NCBI GenBank assembly: GCA_943787795.1
Contig: CALSNU010000001.1
Span: forward strand, 704,001-768,000
Source of the DNA: an uncultured bacterium
GTDB taxonomy: Bacteria > Planctomycetota > UBA1135 > GCA-002686595
Length of the DNA stretch: 64,000 nucleotides
Reading direction: 5' to 3'
The notes below the pieces were generated by a model. That model was not told where the DNA came from and searched no databases. It worked only from the letters and a program-made list of their open reading frames with translations. The position numbers were made by a program, and so were the translations under genes. Of this stretch, positions 48,903-58,356 are shown in pieces. Numbering within the stretch: the stretch's first letter is position 1; each line of letters begins with the position of its first letter.

Positions 48903-50126
48903 ATGAAGACCAGCTTGATTGCCGTGACGAGCCTGATGGCCCTCGCGGCGCCCCTTCCAGGCGCAGGACCAGGACGCCCAGGCGCTCCTGCAGTCCGTGA
49001 TCGCGCTCGAAGAGGAATACGACGACGCCTACGCCGACTGGCGCGAGGAGCTCACGGCTCGCTCGAGCGCCTGGCGTGCCGCCTACGAGAAGGACCCCGA
49101 CGCGCCCCGCCCGGAGCGCCTGCCCCAGGTGGAGCCGGACTTCTGGCCGCGCTTCAACGAGGCGGCCGCGCAGGGGTCGGCCATGGCCCAGCTGTGGTGC
49201 ATCGAGCACTACGTCCCGGGCGACGTGGTCCCCAAGGCCCAGCAGGAGTCGGACTTCACCCGCCGGATCGTGACGCTCCTCACGGACGCGAGCGCGCCCC
49301 ACGAGAAGCTGCCCCAGCGCGGTCATGACGCGCAGCCGTGGCCACGCCATGGCCCAGGAGACCACGGACGCGCTGTTCGTCATGATCGGGCAGCTGGCGT
49401 CCAGCGCGGACGTCGCAGCCGAGGCCGCCTACAACCGGGCTTCCCTCGTGGACGACCGGCGCGGGACCCTCGAGGAGCGCAAGCCCGCCCTCGACCGCTA
49501 CCGCGCGGTCGCCGCCTCCTTCCCCGTCGACCAAGTACGGCCAGCGTGCGAACGGTCAGGTCTTCAAGGTCGAGCGCCTGCAGCTCGGCATGAAGGCCCC
49601 GGAGATCGTCGGCAAGGACATCGACGGCAACGACATGAAGCTCTCCGACTTCAAGGGCAAGGTCACCGTCCTGGACTTCTGGGGCTTCTGGTGAGGCCCC
49701 TGCGTTGCGATGATCCCGCACGAAAAGACGCTCGTGAAGCGTCTGGAGGATCAGCCCTTTGCTCTCGTTGGCATCAACAGCGACAACGAGAAGCGTTACC
49801 GAGAGCGTCGGCCCGAGATGGGCGTGACCTGGCGTAGCTTCTTCGACGGTGGCTCCACCGGCGGCCCGATCGCCAGCCAGTGGGGCGTCACCGGCTGGCC
49901 CACGATCTACGTCCTCGATGCCGAGGGCAAGATCCGCTACCAGGGGGTCCGCGGTGACGCGATGGACCGCGCCGTGGACACGCTCCTCGTGGAGATGGGG
50001 GTCACGGACTTCGAACGGGGCCATTACGGCGAGGAGAAGCCGGCGGCCAAGCCGACCGGCGGCAAGCGCACGAGGGGCCTCGTCCCGCTGATCCCGGCGC
50101 CCAAGAAGGGCAAGTCCGGCCTCTGA
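48903..50126 (+). CDS. Exported TlpA/thioredoxin-fold oxidoreductase with in-frame TGA in the redox motif (probable selenocysteine); three apparent +1 frameshifts upstream
   Basis: GMKAPEIVGKDIDGNDMKLSDFKGKVTVLDFWGFW-TGA(49692)-GPCVAMIPHEK...WGVTGWPTIYVLD reads in one frame. One extra C in CCCC runs near 48953, 49314 and 49524. Confidence 0.82.
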
Positions 50127-50151
50127 GCGGAGGCTGGATGACGGCAACGGC

Positions 50152-50195
50152 GGCGAGGGGCCGGCGCGGGAGACCGCGCCGGCCCCTCGCCCGTT
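50152..50195 (+). terminator. Stem-loop, putative terminator
   Basis: Perfect 18-bp stem ggcgaggggccggcgcgg-GAGA-ccgcgccggcccctcgcc followed by cgtt. Confidence 0.7.
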
Positions 50196-50242
50196 CATGG
50201 GGGGAGCGCGCGCCGGGCGAGCGTGGTTGGCATACTCCGCCC

Positions 50243-51065
50243 ATGAACTCCCACGCTCGACCCTGCCGGATCGCTCGCGTGCCGCCCTCTGGATCGCCGG
50301 GATGCGGCGCGCCCGCGACGCCCGCGGAGGAGCCCTCGGCCGCGGAGGCGATGCCTCCTTCCGGCAGGCCCTTCCGCCGTGGCCCCTCCCGCCGAGGAGC
50401 CAATCCGTGGGCGACGGGTCCGAAGTCGCACCCGCGTCGGAAGCCGCGGGCCGCTTCGGAGCCCGAGGCTGTGGCGGAGCCCGTCACTGAGGAGCTCTCC
50501 TGGTCCGAGCTCGACCGCCGCGGCGACGGGCACCTCAAGGCCGGGCGCTTCGTCGACGCGATCGCGGACTTCGACGCGGCCGTCGCCCTTCGAGTCCGGG
50601 CCTCGAGGCCCACCACTGGCGGCGGGGGATCGCCCACTACTACGCCGGGCGCTACGCCGACGGCGCGGCGCAGTTCGAGCTGCACCGCACGGTCAACGGC
50701 AACGACGTGGAGAACGCCGCGTGGCACTTCCTCTGCGTCGCCCGCATGGACGGCGTCGACGGCGGCGCGGGCAGCGGCTCCTCCCCGTCGCCCCGGACTC
50801 CCGGGTGCCCATGATGGAGGTCCTTGAGATGTTCGCGGGGCGGTCCACCCCGGAGCAGGTGCTCGAGGTCGCAAGCGCAGCGGACGGCACCGCCCAGAGC
50901 GAGTCAGCTCTCTTCTACGCCTACCTCTACATCGGCCTGTATCACGAGGTGCTCGACCGGCCCGCCGAGGCCCGCGCGGCGATCGGCGTCGCGGCCACCG
51001 AGCACACGAGCCCGTACTACATGGGGGACGTGGCCCGCGTCCACGCCGCGTTGCTCGCCGAGTGA
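50243..51065 (+). CDS. NlpI-like TPR protein broken by several apparent frameshifts
   Basis: Consecutive segments in different frames: RRGDGHLKAGRFVDAIADFD; HHWRRGIAHYYAGRYADGAAQFELHRTVNGNDVENAAWHFLC; DSRVPMMEV...LFYAYLYIGLY. Start is uncertain. Confidence 0.7.
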
Positions 51066-51084
51066 GCGGGGCCTCCCCCGTGAC

Positions 51085-53001
51085 TCATCTGGGGGTGGTG
51101 CTCATGAGCAGCCCGTCATTCTCGGTGGAGAGCAGCAGCAGGTAGGCGAGGTTCACGATGGCCTCCTCTCCGAGGTAAGGCGCGCCCATGTGGGGCGTCG
51201 AGTAGCGCAGCCCGTAGCCCGGCTCCCACGAGCAGAGGAAGCGCCAGCGCCACTGGGGGAGGATCTCCTCGAAGGCCTTCGGCTTCACCACGGCCAGGGA
51301 GAGCAGCCCGAGGGCGGCGCCCGGCTCGCCGTAGGCGTGGCTGTTCAGCATCCACGGGTGGCGCTCCTCCATCAGGACGCAGAGGAGCGGCGCCATTCGA
51401 GCGCGGTCGTCGCGCAAGACCTCGGCCAGGGCGCACAGCCCGGTGCGTGACCAGAACTCGCCCTTGTCTCGATAGGACGCGTTGTAGCCCATGGCGCCGT
51501 GCCCGCCGTCGTCGGGGTTCGACCAGCTATGGCGCACGTAGGGCTCGATGTGCTCCCAGATCCTCGCCTCCACGCCGGCTCGCCGCGCGAGGGCGTCGAA
51601 GACGAGCAGGTGCGCCGCCGGGGCCATGAGGGCCTTGTTGTCGTAGGGCAGGCCGTCCGGGCCGTGGCCAAACGCCTGCATACCCCACTTGCACTCGTGG
51701 GTGGTGGTGGGGAGCCAGCGGACGGCCTCCTCGATCCAGGGCAGGACGCTCTCGTCGCCCGTCCGCAGGTGGTACTCGCAGAGGAGCATCCCCTGGAAGG
51801 CGATCGACCAGTAGGCGAGCCCCTTCATCTCGGACGGGCTGGGGTTCAGCCTCATCACCCGGTCCATGGAGCGTTTGACGGCGTCCATGTGCTGATCATC
51901 GCCGGTCCCCAGCAGCGCGAGCGCCCCGAGGGCAGGGTTCACGGCGTCGCTCCCTGGCCACGAACCGTTGGGCTTCTGGTGGTCGAGGGTCCAGCTCACG
52001 AGGTCGGCGCGGAAGCGGTCCGCGCCCGGACCGGAGAGCGGGAAGCGGGGGCCAATGGGGCCCTCGAGGGGGAGCGGGATCGACGCTGTGCGGAGGGCGG
52101 GCGCGGCGCCTTCCGACGGGCGGAGGTAGGTGAGCTCCACGGTCTCGCGGCCGTTCTCCAGGGCGCCCTCGATCGCGCGGCCGAGGGCGGCCTCGTGGCT
52201 GCCTTCGAACCAGTCCCAGCCGGGGGCGAGGCTCGACCGCCCGAGGGGCTCGCCCGACACGGCGACCACGAGGTCTCCCCGCTCGAGGCCCGCGGCCGCT
52301 GCCGGTCCGCCGCCCCGGACGTCGATCAGGTTGAACGCGGTGTGCTGGTGCTCCGTGAGGGCCGTGAAGCCGAGCATGCCGCAGCCAATCTGGTCCGGGC
52401 CGAAGGGGCCGTTGGCCTTGCCGCGCATGGCGCGGCCCGGCGCGTCGTGAAAGCGCATGACCCGCGCCGCTCGCACGGCGAGCTTCCTGCCGCGGTTCTC
52501 GAACTCCAGGTCCACCTCCCGCGCGGCTCCATCGGGGAGCGGGATGAGGGCGAGGACGCGGCCAGCGAGCGCGGCCGCCTGGACGCGGCCCGCGAAGGGC
52601 ACGGCGCCGGCTTCTTCGGCTGTGGGTGCCGCAGCGGATGGGTCCTCGTCGAAGCTGCTCCAGTCGATCGCCTTCCACTCGGTGGAGGCGTCCTTCCAGC
52701 GGACCCAGACCTCCGCGTCGGCCTTGGCCTTGCGGAGGTCGGCCTCCACCACGAGGTACCAGCCGTCCGCGGCGAGCTTCTTCTTTCCGTCGGAGTCGGG
52801 CCGCGCCGGGACAGCGACCCGCAGGCCGGCAGACGTGCGCTTGCCGACCGAGAGGACCTCTTCGCCGCGCACCTCCGAGAGGCGCACCGTCTTGCTCCCG
52901 GAGAGCTCGGCCGGGGCCTTCTCCACGAGGAGGTCAGCGCGGCTCGGAGCCGCGAGGACGAGGAGTGCGAGGGGGAGGGCGAGGGGGACGAGCTGGCGCA
53001 T
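51085..53001 (-). CDS. Exported PDZ plus alpha-helical toroid protein (DUF6288-like)
   Basis: Signal peptide, PDZ-like GGPAAAAGLERGDLVVAVSG, HQKPNGSW, LGALALLGTGD, LCEYHLRTGD. Confidence 0.7.
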   Translation of the reverse strand: MRQLVPLALPLALLVLAAPSRADLLVEKAPAELSGSKTVRLSEVRGEEVLSVGKRTSAGLRVAVPARPDSDGKKKLAADGWYLVVEADLRKAKADAEVWVRWKDASTEWKAIDWSSFDEDPSAAAPTAEEAGAVPFAGRVQAAALAGRVLALIPLPDGAAREVDLEFENRGRKLAVRAARVMRFHDAPGRAMRGKANGPFGPDQIGCGMLGFTALTEHQHTAFNLIDVRGGGPAAAAGLERGDLVVAVSGEPLGRSSLAPGWDWFEGSHEAALGRAIEGALENGRETVELTYLRPSEGAAPALRTASIPLPLEGPIGPRFPLSGPGADRFRADLVSWTLDHQKPNGSWPGSDAVNPALGALALLGTGDDQHMDAVKRSMDRVMRLNPSPSEMKGLAYWSIAFQGMLLCEYHLRTGDESVLPWIEEAVRWLPTTTHECKWGMQAFGHGPDGLPYDNKALMAPAAHLLVFDALARRAGVEARIWEHIEPYVRHSWSNPDDGGHGAMGYNASYRDKGEFWSRTGLCALAEVLRDDRARMAPLLCVLMEERHPWMLNSHAYGEPGAALGLLSLAVVKPKAFEEILPQWRWRFLCSWEPGYGLRYSTPHMGAPYLGEEAIVNLAYLLLLSTENDGLLMSTTPR

Positions 53002-53030
53002 CGCCCGAGGTTAATGGCGATCGTCGGGAC

Positions 53031-53441
53031 TCAGTCCTCGGAGAGCTCGAAGTCATCGAACTCGAACCCGGGCGCCACCACGCAGCCGACCAGGGCGTAG
53101 CCGGCCTCGCCGGGGAGGCACTCGGCGGCCTGCCACACGTCGGGTGGGACCACCGCCTGGAGAGCCGCGGAGCTCCCCTGTCCCAGCCGCACCTCCTCCT
53201 CCCCGATGGTGAGCCGGACGTCGTCTCCCCGCTGGTGGAGCCAGATCTCGTCACTCTTGACCCGGTGTCGGCGGCTCCGGGCGCCCGTGGGCAGGAGGAA
53301 CAGGATGCTGGTGACCGCCCGCCGGGTCCCGCCGTGGGCCGGGACCTCGGCAGACGAGCGGAAGGTCTCCCGGTAGAACCCGCCCTCCGGGTGGGGCTGG
53401 AGCCCAAGGGCTTGAACCAGGTCTCTTGCGGCGTCGTTCAT
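53031..53441 (-). CDS. Cupin domain protein (DUF985/Cupin_5)
   Basis: LQPHPEGGFYRET, TSILFLL, DEIW, WQAA, VAPGFEFDDF. Confidence 0.92.
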   Translation of the reverse strand: MNDAARDLVQALGLQPHPEGGFYRETFRSSAEVPAHGGTRRAVTSILFLLPTGARSRRHRVKSDEIWLHQRGDDVRLTIGEEEVRLGQGSSAALQAVVPPDVWQAAECLPGEAGYALVGCVVAPGFEFDDFELSED

Positions 53442-53545
53442 GGGGCAGAGCTTGCCATCTTCGGGGCAGGGCGCACGATTCCGAGGCGGCTGGCCGATAG
53501 ACTCCCCGGCCCGCTCCCCAGCCCCTCCCCGCGCGTACATCGATC

Positions 53546-54991
53546 ATGGCGAAGCCCAAGCCCAGCTTCATGGACACCATCGTCTCCCTCTGCAAGCGCA
53601 GGGGGTTCGTCTTCCCCGCCTCCGAGATCTACGGCGGCATCGGGAACACGTACGACTACGGCCCGCTCGGGGTGGAGCTGCTGCGCCGGGTCAAGGACGC
53701 CTGGTGGTCCCGCACGGTCACCGCGCGCACCGACGTGGTCGGGCTGGACTCGGCCATCATCCAGAACCCCCAGACCTGGATCACCTCGGGCCACGTGGGC
53801 GGCTTCTCGGACCCGCTGATCGACAACAAGACCTCGAAGCAGCGCTACCGCGCGGACCACCTGATCGAGGGGAAGATCGCCAAGTACGATAAGAAGGGCC
53901 GCACCCAGCAGGCCTCGGACCTGCAGGACAAGCTCAACGCCGCGCTCGGTGACAACGAGGCCATGGGCGCGCTCATCGCCGAGACCGGGATCAAGTGCCC
54001 CATCAGCGGCACCGATGACTGGACGGAGGTGCGCCAGTTCAACCTCATGTTCAAGACGCACATGGGGGCGGTGCAGAGCGACAGCAACGTCGCTTACCTG
54101 CGGCCGGAGACGGCCCAGGGGATCTTCCTGAACTTCAAGAACGTCCTCGAGTCGTCGCGCCAGAAGCCGCCCTTCGGCATCGCGCAGATCGGCAAGAGCT
54201 TCCGCAACGAGATCACGCCCGGCAACTTCGTCTTCCGGACCCGCGAGTTCGAGCAGGCGGAGATGGAGTTCTTCGTGCCGCCCGCCGAGGAGCAGCAGTG
54301 GTACGACTACTGGCGCAAGGCGCGCTTCGACTGGTACACCGAGCTCGGCATCCGCGAGGAGAAGCTGCGCATGCGTGAGCACGAGGCCTCCGAGCTCGCG
54401 CACTACTCCACCGCGACCGCCGACATCGAGTACGAGTACCCGTTCGGCTGGGGTGAGCTCGAGGGCATCGCCTGCCGGACCGACTTCGACCTCAAGCGTC
54501 ACAGCGAGGCGTCGGGCACGGACCTGGTCTTCTTCGACCCGCAGACCAAGGAGCACTACACGCCCTTTGTCATCGAGCCCGCCGGCGGCATCAACCGCAT
54601 GGCGCTCACCTTCCTGATCGACGCCTATGAGGAGGAGGAGCTGGAGAAGGACACCCGCGTCGTCCTGCGCTTCCACCCGGAGATCGCGCCGATCACCTGC
54701 GCCGTGTTCCCCCTCGTGAAGAAGGACGGGATGCCCGAGAAGGCCCGGAAGATCGAGGCGCTCCTGGGCAAGGCGCGCATGAGCACCTTCTACGACGAGA
54801 AGGCCGCCATCGGCCGCCGCTACCGTCGCCAGGACGAGATCGGCACGCCGTTCTGCGTCACCGTGGACGGAGACACGCTCGCCGACGACATCGTCACCGT
54901 GCGCCACCGCGACTCCATGGAGCAGGAGAAGGTCAAGGTCTCCGAGCTCCTGACCTACCTGATCGAGAGCATGTCCGGCTGGAAGCGATAG
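53546..54991 (+). CDS. glyQS: Glycine--tRNA ligase (alpha2 type)
   Basis: KRRGFVFPASEIYGG, YDYGPLG, LRPETAQG, GKSFRNEITPGN, FRTREFEQ, GRRYRRQDEIGTP. Confidence 0.96.
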   Translation: MAKPKPSFMDTIVSLCKRRGFVFPASEIYGGIGNTYDYGPLGVELLRRVKDAWWSRTVTARTDVVGLDSAIIQNPQTWITSGHVGGFSDPLIDNKTSKQRYRADHLIEGKIAKYDKKGRTQQASDLQDKLNAALGDNEAMGALIAETGIKCPISGTDDWTEVRQFNLMFKTHMGAVQSDSNVAYLRPETAQGIFLNFKNVLESSRQKPPFGIAQIGKSFRNEITPGNFVFRTREFEQAEMEFFVPPAEEQQWYDYWRKARFDWYTELGIREEKLRMREHEASELAHYSTATADIEYEYPFGWGELEGIACRTDFDLKRHSEASGTDLVFFDPQTKEHYTPFVIEPAGGINRMALTFLIDAYEEEELEKDTRVVLRFHPEIAPITCAVFPLVKKDGMPEKARKIEALLGKARMSTFYDEKAAIGRRYRRQDEIGTPFCVTVDGDTLADDIVTVRHRDSMEQEKVKVSELLTYLIESMSGWKR

Positions 54992-55112
54992 CTGGCGGCG
55001 GTGTCCCTGGTGGCGAGCTGGGAGCGCGTCGCCTCGCTCACTCTCGAGCGGCTCCGCGCCGTCGGTAGGAGTCGTCGAGGCCGTCCCACCCGGACGCCCG
55101 GCGACTCCCTCC

Positions 55113-55868
55113 TCACCCTGCGTCGCCGCGGATGATCCGCCCGTACCCCAGCGCCTTGTACGTCCGCAGCAGCACGTCGGTGGTCGGCACCGGCACGTCG
55201 AGGGGCACGCGCACGTAGGGATCGTCCGCGCGGAAGGGCGGCGAGGCCTTGGCACGGAAGAGGTCCGGCAGGAGGCGTCTGGGGGCGGAGATGAAGAGGG
55301 CCTCCGGCGCGCCGTACTCGTCCCACCAGGCGCGCAGCTTGGCATTGGTGTCCTCGAGCAGATCGCGAGCGTTCTGCAGCCGTAGCCGCGATCCGTAGCG
55401 GGACTTGCCCTTGGAGGCGAGGAACGCCGGCTGGGCGCGCCCCTTGCCCCGGACGACGTAGCGCTTGAGGCTCTTGGTTGCGAGCGCGGTCCCCCCCTCG
55501 AACACGCCCATGGACACCGCGCCGGCCTGCATCAGGAGGAGCACGTGCCGCGGCAGGACCGCCGGGATCGAGGCGAGGTAGGCGTCGACCGGGTCCACGG
55601 AGCCGAGGGACTCGGCGGCCCTGAGGCGTGCGGCGCGCTCGGGCATGGTCTCGGTGGCTGGCGCGGGTTGAAGGCCTGGCGGGAGCGAGACCAGGAGCGG
55701 GAGGCGCATGGTCACGCGGCCCCCGACGAACTCGTGTCGGTCGGCGTCCAGGACCAGCGCCGTCTCCCCTCGCAGCTCCGCGAGCCGATCCGTCAGGTCG
55801 GACCAATGGAAGGACTCGGGGTGCGGGGGCGGCGTCTCCCCTCCCCGTGATCTCTCACGACCGGTCAT
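55113..55868 (-). CDS. Vms1-like release factor 1 (bVLRF1-type) peptidyl-tRNA hydrolase candidate
   Basis: LLLMQAGAVSMGVFEG...KSLKRYVVRGKGRAQ...KGKSRYGSRLRLQN. Start is uncertain. Confidence 0.72.
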   Translation of the reverse strand: MTGRERSRGGETPPPHPESFHWSDLTDRLAELRGETALVLDADRHEFVGGRVTMRLPLLVSLPPGLQPAPATETMPERAARLRAAESLGSVDPVDAYLASIPAVLPRHVLLLMQAGAVSMGVFEGGTALATKSLKRYVVRGKGRAQPAFLASKGKSRYGSRLRLQNARDLLEDTNAKLRAWWDEYGAPEALFISAPRRLLPDLFRAKASPPFRADDPYVRVPLDVPVPTTDVLLRTYKALGYGRIIRGDAG

Positions 55869-56115
55869 GACCCAACCGCTCGCGAGCGTCCCCTCGTTAC
55901 GCCCGAGGGCCTCGCCTCCGAAGAGAACCGAGGGTGCGCCCGCCAACCCGTCGTGGCGCGGGCGGGTGAGGGGCAGGGTCGACCTCGGCGGTGGCTCAGG
56001 ATCATCTGATGCGGTGGCATGGGGGCGAGCGGAAGCCGCGCTAATGGCTGGTCGGCGGGAGGTCCGGCGGGTGGGTCTGCGGGTCCAGCCGACGGCTGAT
56101 GGCCGCAGAGTCGCG

Positions 56116-56631
56116 CTACCGGTCCCTGCGGAGTTCGAAGACTCCCATCTCGGAGACGTCTCCTCCGATGATCGACGTCCAGTGCTGCTGCACGTGATCT
56201 GCGCTCACGAAGACCAGGGTCATCGCGCCCATGTAGTGCTCGTCGGGATCCTTGAGGTCGCGCACGCTGACCGATTCGAACTCGAGCCGGTCGCCGTCGA
56301 GCCCTCGGGCGCGCATGAAGGGCTGATTCCCCGCGCCGCAGTAGTGCGTCATGGAGAGGCTGTTCCCATCGAGCGTGTACATGTTCGTCATCTCATGCTC
56401 CGTGCCCGGGGCCATGATCTCGCGGATCGCCGAGCCGGCAGAGGTAACCTCGAAGACGTGCACCATCTCGCCGTGGGGGGTCGTGGAGACCCAGCGTCCC
56501 TCCAGCGCGGCGACGGCCTCGAACAAGGGCGCCCGGAGGGCGTCGTCGGCTTCGACGACGGTCAGGGACTCGCCGGTGGATGCGCAGGCGGCGCCCAGGA
56601 TCAGGGCGGGGAGAAGGAGCAGGGTCTTCAT
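56116..56631 (-). CDS. Hypothetical lipoprotein (beta-barrel-like)
   Basis: Lipobox LGAAC; LEGRW...HEMTNMY...THYCGAGNQP. Confidence 0.75.
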   Translation of the reverse strand: MKTLLLLPALILGAACASTGESLTVVEADDALRAPLFEAVAALEGRWVSTTPHGEMVHVFEVTSAGSAIREIMAPGTEHEMTNMYTLDGNSLSMTHYCGAGNQPFMRARGLDGDRLEFESVSVRDLKDPDEHYMGAMTLVFVSADHVQQHWTSIIGGDVSEMGVFELRRDR

Positions 56632-56721
56632 GGTCGAGGGGGCACGGGGTGAGCGAGCGGCGCCGCTGCGGAGTCGAGCGCTGGCCTGACGGGCGGCCTG
56701 GCCCGTCGCCTGGCTCGCAGG

Positions 56722-58314
56722 CTAAGTCGTGGGGTGGGCGCCGCCGGGGGAGCGGTCCCGCAGGCGCTGCTTCGAGATCTTGCCGGACCCGGTCTTGGGA
56801 AGTTCGGGCAGAAGCTCGATGTGCTTGGGGACCTTGTAGCTGGCCAGGTGGGCGCGGCAGTGGTCCTTGAGGGCGTCCGCGGTGTCGCCCGCGGTGTCGC
56901 CCGCAGCGGCACCGGCAGAGAGCACGACGGCGGCCCGGACCTCCTCGCCCCATCGCTCGGAGGGGACGCCGTAGGCGGCGCACTCGAGGACGGCGGGGTG
57001 CTCGTAGAGGGCGTTCTCGACCTCGGTGGAGTACACGTTCTCGCCGCCGCTGAGGATCATGTCCTTCTTGCGGTCCACGATGTTGAGCCAGCCTTCCTTG
57101 TCGATCGTGGCGAGGTCCCCCGTGTGGAACCAGCCGCCGCGGAAGGCCTGGGCCGTCTCCTCGGGGCGGTTCCAGTAGCCGGGGGTGACGGTGGACCCTC
57201 GCGCGATGATCTCGCCCACGCTGCGGTCATCCCGGGGGACCGGGCGGCCGTCGCCGTCCACGACCTCGAGCTCCACGGTCTCGAAGGGCCGGCCGGTGCG
57301 CGCTCGGCGGGCGAGCTGCGCCTCCTCGCTCAGCTCGCGGTGCTTGGGCTCGAGCACGGAGAGGGTCAGGTAGGGGCTGGTCTCGGTGAGGCCGTAGGTC
57401 TGCACGTACTCGCAACCGAATGTCTCCAGGACCTCGCGCACCGCGGCGGGGGCGATGGGGGCGCCGCCCGAGAGCACCAGGCGCAGGCTGCCGCCGGTGA
57501 AGCCGCAGGCGGGCGCCGCGGCCAGCATGCGCTGGAGCATGACGGGCACGAGGTTGGAGACCGTCACGCCCCGCTCGGTCATCAGGGCGAGGGCCGCCTC
57601 GGCCTCGAATTCGGGCAAGAAGGCGTGCTGGCCGGCGACAGCGGTGATCGCGAGGCTGGCCCACGCGTCGGCCAGGTGAAACATGGGGGCGATGTGACCC
57701 CACACGTCGTCCTCGGCGAGGTCCAGCTCGCTGGTGGCGGCGAGCGCATGCTGGACGACGTTGCGGTGGGAGAGGGGGACGCCCTTGGGCCGGCCGGTGG
57801 TGCCGCTCGTGTAGTAGAGGTGGCAGACGTCGTCGGGCTCGCAGGGCGCTGGGAGGAAGGCCGGGCCAGGGAGTGGGGCGGGGCGCAGACCCATGGGCGC
57901 GCTCCCCTCGCCCGTGCCGAGCCAGGCCACAGCGGGCGGCGCGTCGAGGCCTTTGATGGCCGCCTCGAGGGCGGGGCGGAAGTCCTCGTGGGCGAGCAGG
58001 AGGCGCGGGGCGGCATCCGCGAGGACCGCGCGGAGCTCCACGGCCGCGAGGCGGTGGTTCAGCGGCACCAAGACGGCGCCGGCTCCTGCGCAGGCGAAGG
58101 TCCAGGTCAGGAAGGCCGGGGTGTTGCGCTCCATCAGGGCCACCCGGTCCCCACGCGCGACGCCGCGGCCCCGCAGGGCGGTGGCGAGGGACGCCGCGGA
58201 GTGGTGGAGCGCCGCGTAGGTGACCGGCGGCCTGCCCGTGACGATGGCCGGTGCCTCGGGGGCGCGCCCGATGGCGTGCTCGAGGAGTCCCCATGTGGTG
58301 TTTGGCTGGCTCAC
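56722..58314 (-). CDS. Long-chain fatty-acid--CoA ligase (ANL family)
   Basis: YTSGTTGRPKG, YGLTET, WFHTGDL, DRKKDMILSGGENV, PKTGSGK. Confidence 0.93.
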   Translation of the reverse strand: MSQPNTTWGLLEHAIGRAPEAPAIVTGRPPVTYAALHHSAASLATALRGRGVARGDRVALMERNTPAFLTWTFACAGAGAVLVPLNHRLAAVELRAVLADAAPRLLLAHEDFRPALEAAIKGLDAPPAVAWLGTGEGSAPMGLRPAPLPGPAFLPAPCEPDDVCHLYYTSGTTGRPKGVPLSHRNVVQHALAATSELDLAEDDVWGHIAPMFHLADAWASLAITAVAGQHAFLPEFEAEAALALMTERGVTVSNLVPVMLQRMLAAAPACGFTGGSLRLVLSGGAPIAPAAVREVLETFGCEYVQTYGLTETSPYLTLSVLEPKHRELSEEAQLARRARTGRPFETVELEVVDGDGRPVPRDDRSVGEIIARGSTVTPGYWNRPEETAQAFRGGWFHTGDLATIDKEGWLNIVDRKKDMILSGGENVYSTEVENALYEHPAVLECAAYGVPSERWGEEVRAAVVLSAGAAAGDTAGDTADALKDHCRAHLASYKVPKHIELLPELPKTGSGKISKQRLRDRSPGGAHPTT

Positions 58315-58356
58315 GTCGCCAGCATCGCCGCTGAGGCCTCCGGGCGCCACCCCGCT

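Noticed and set aside
56879..56904. 12-bp duplication gcggtgtcgccc
   Set aside because: A short in-frame AGDT duplication in a loop of the acyl-CoA ligase; trivial.
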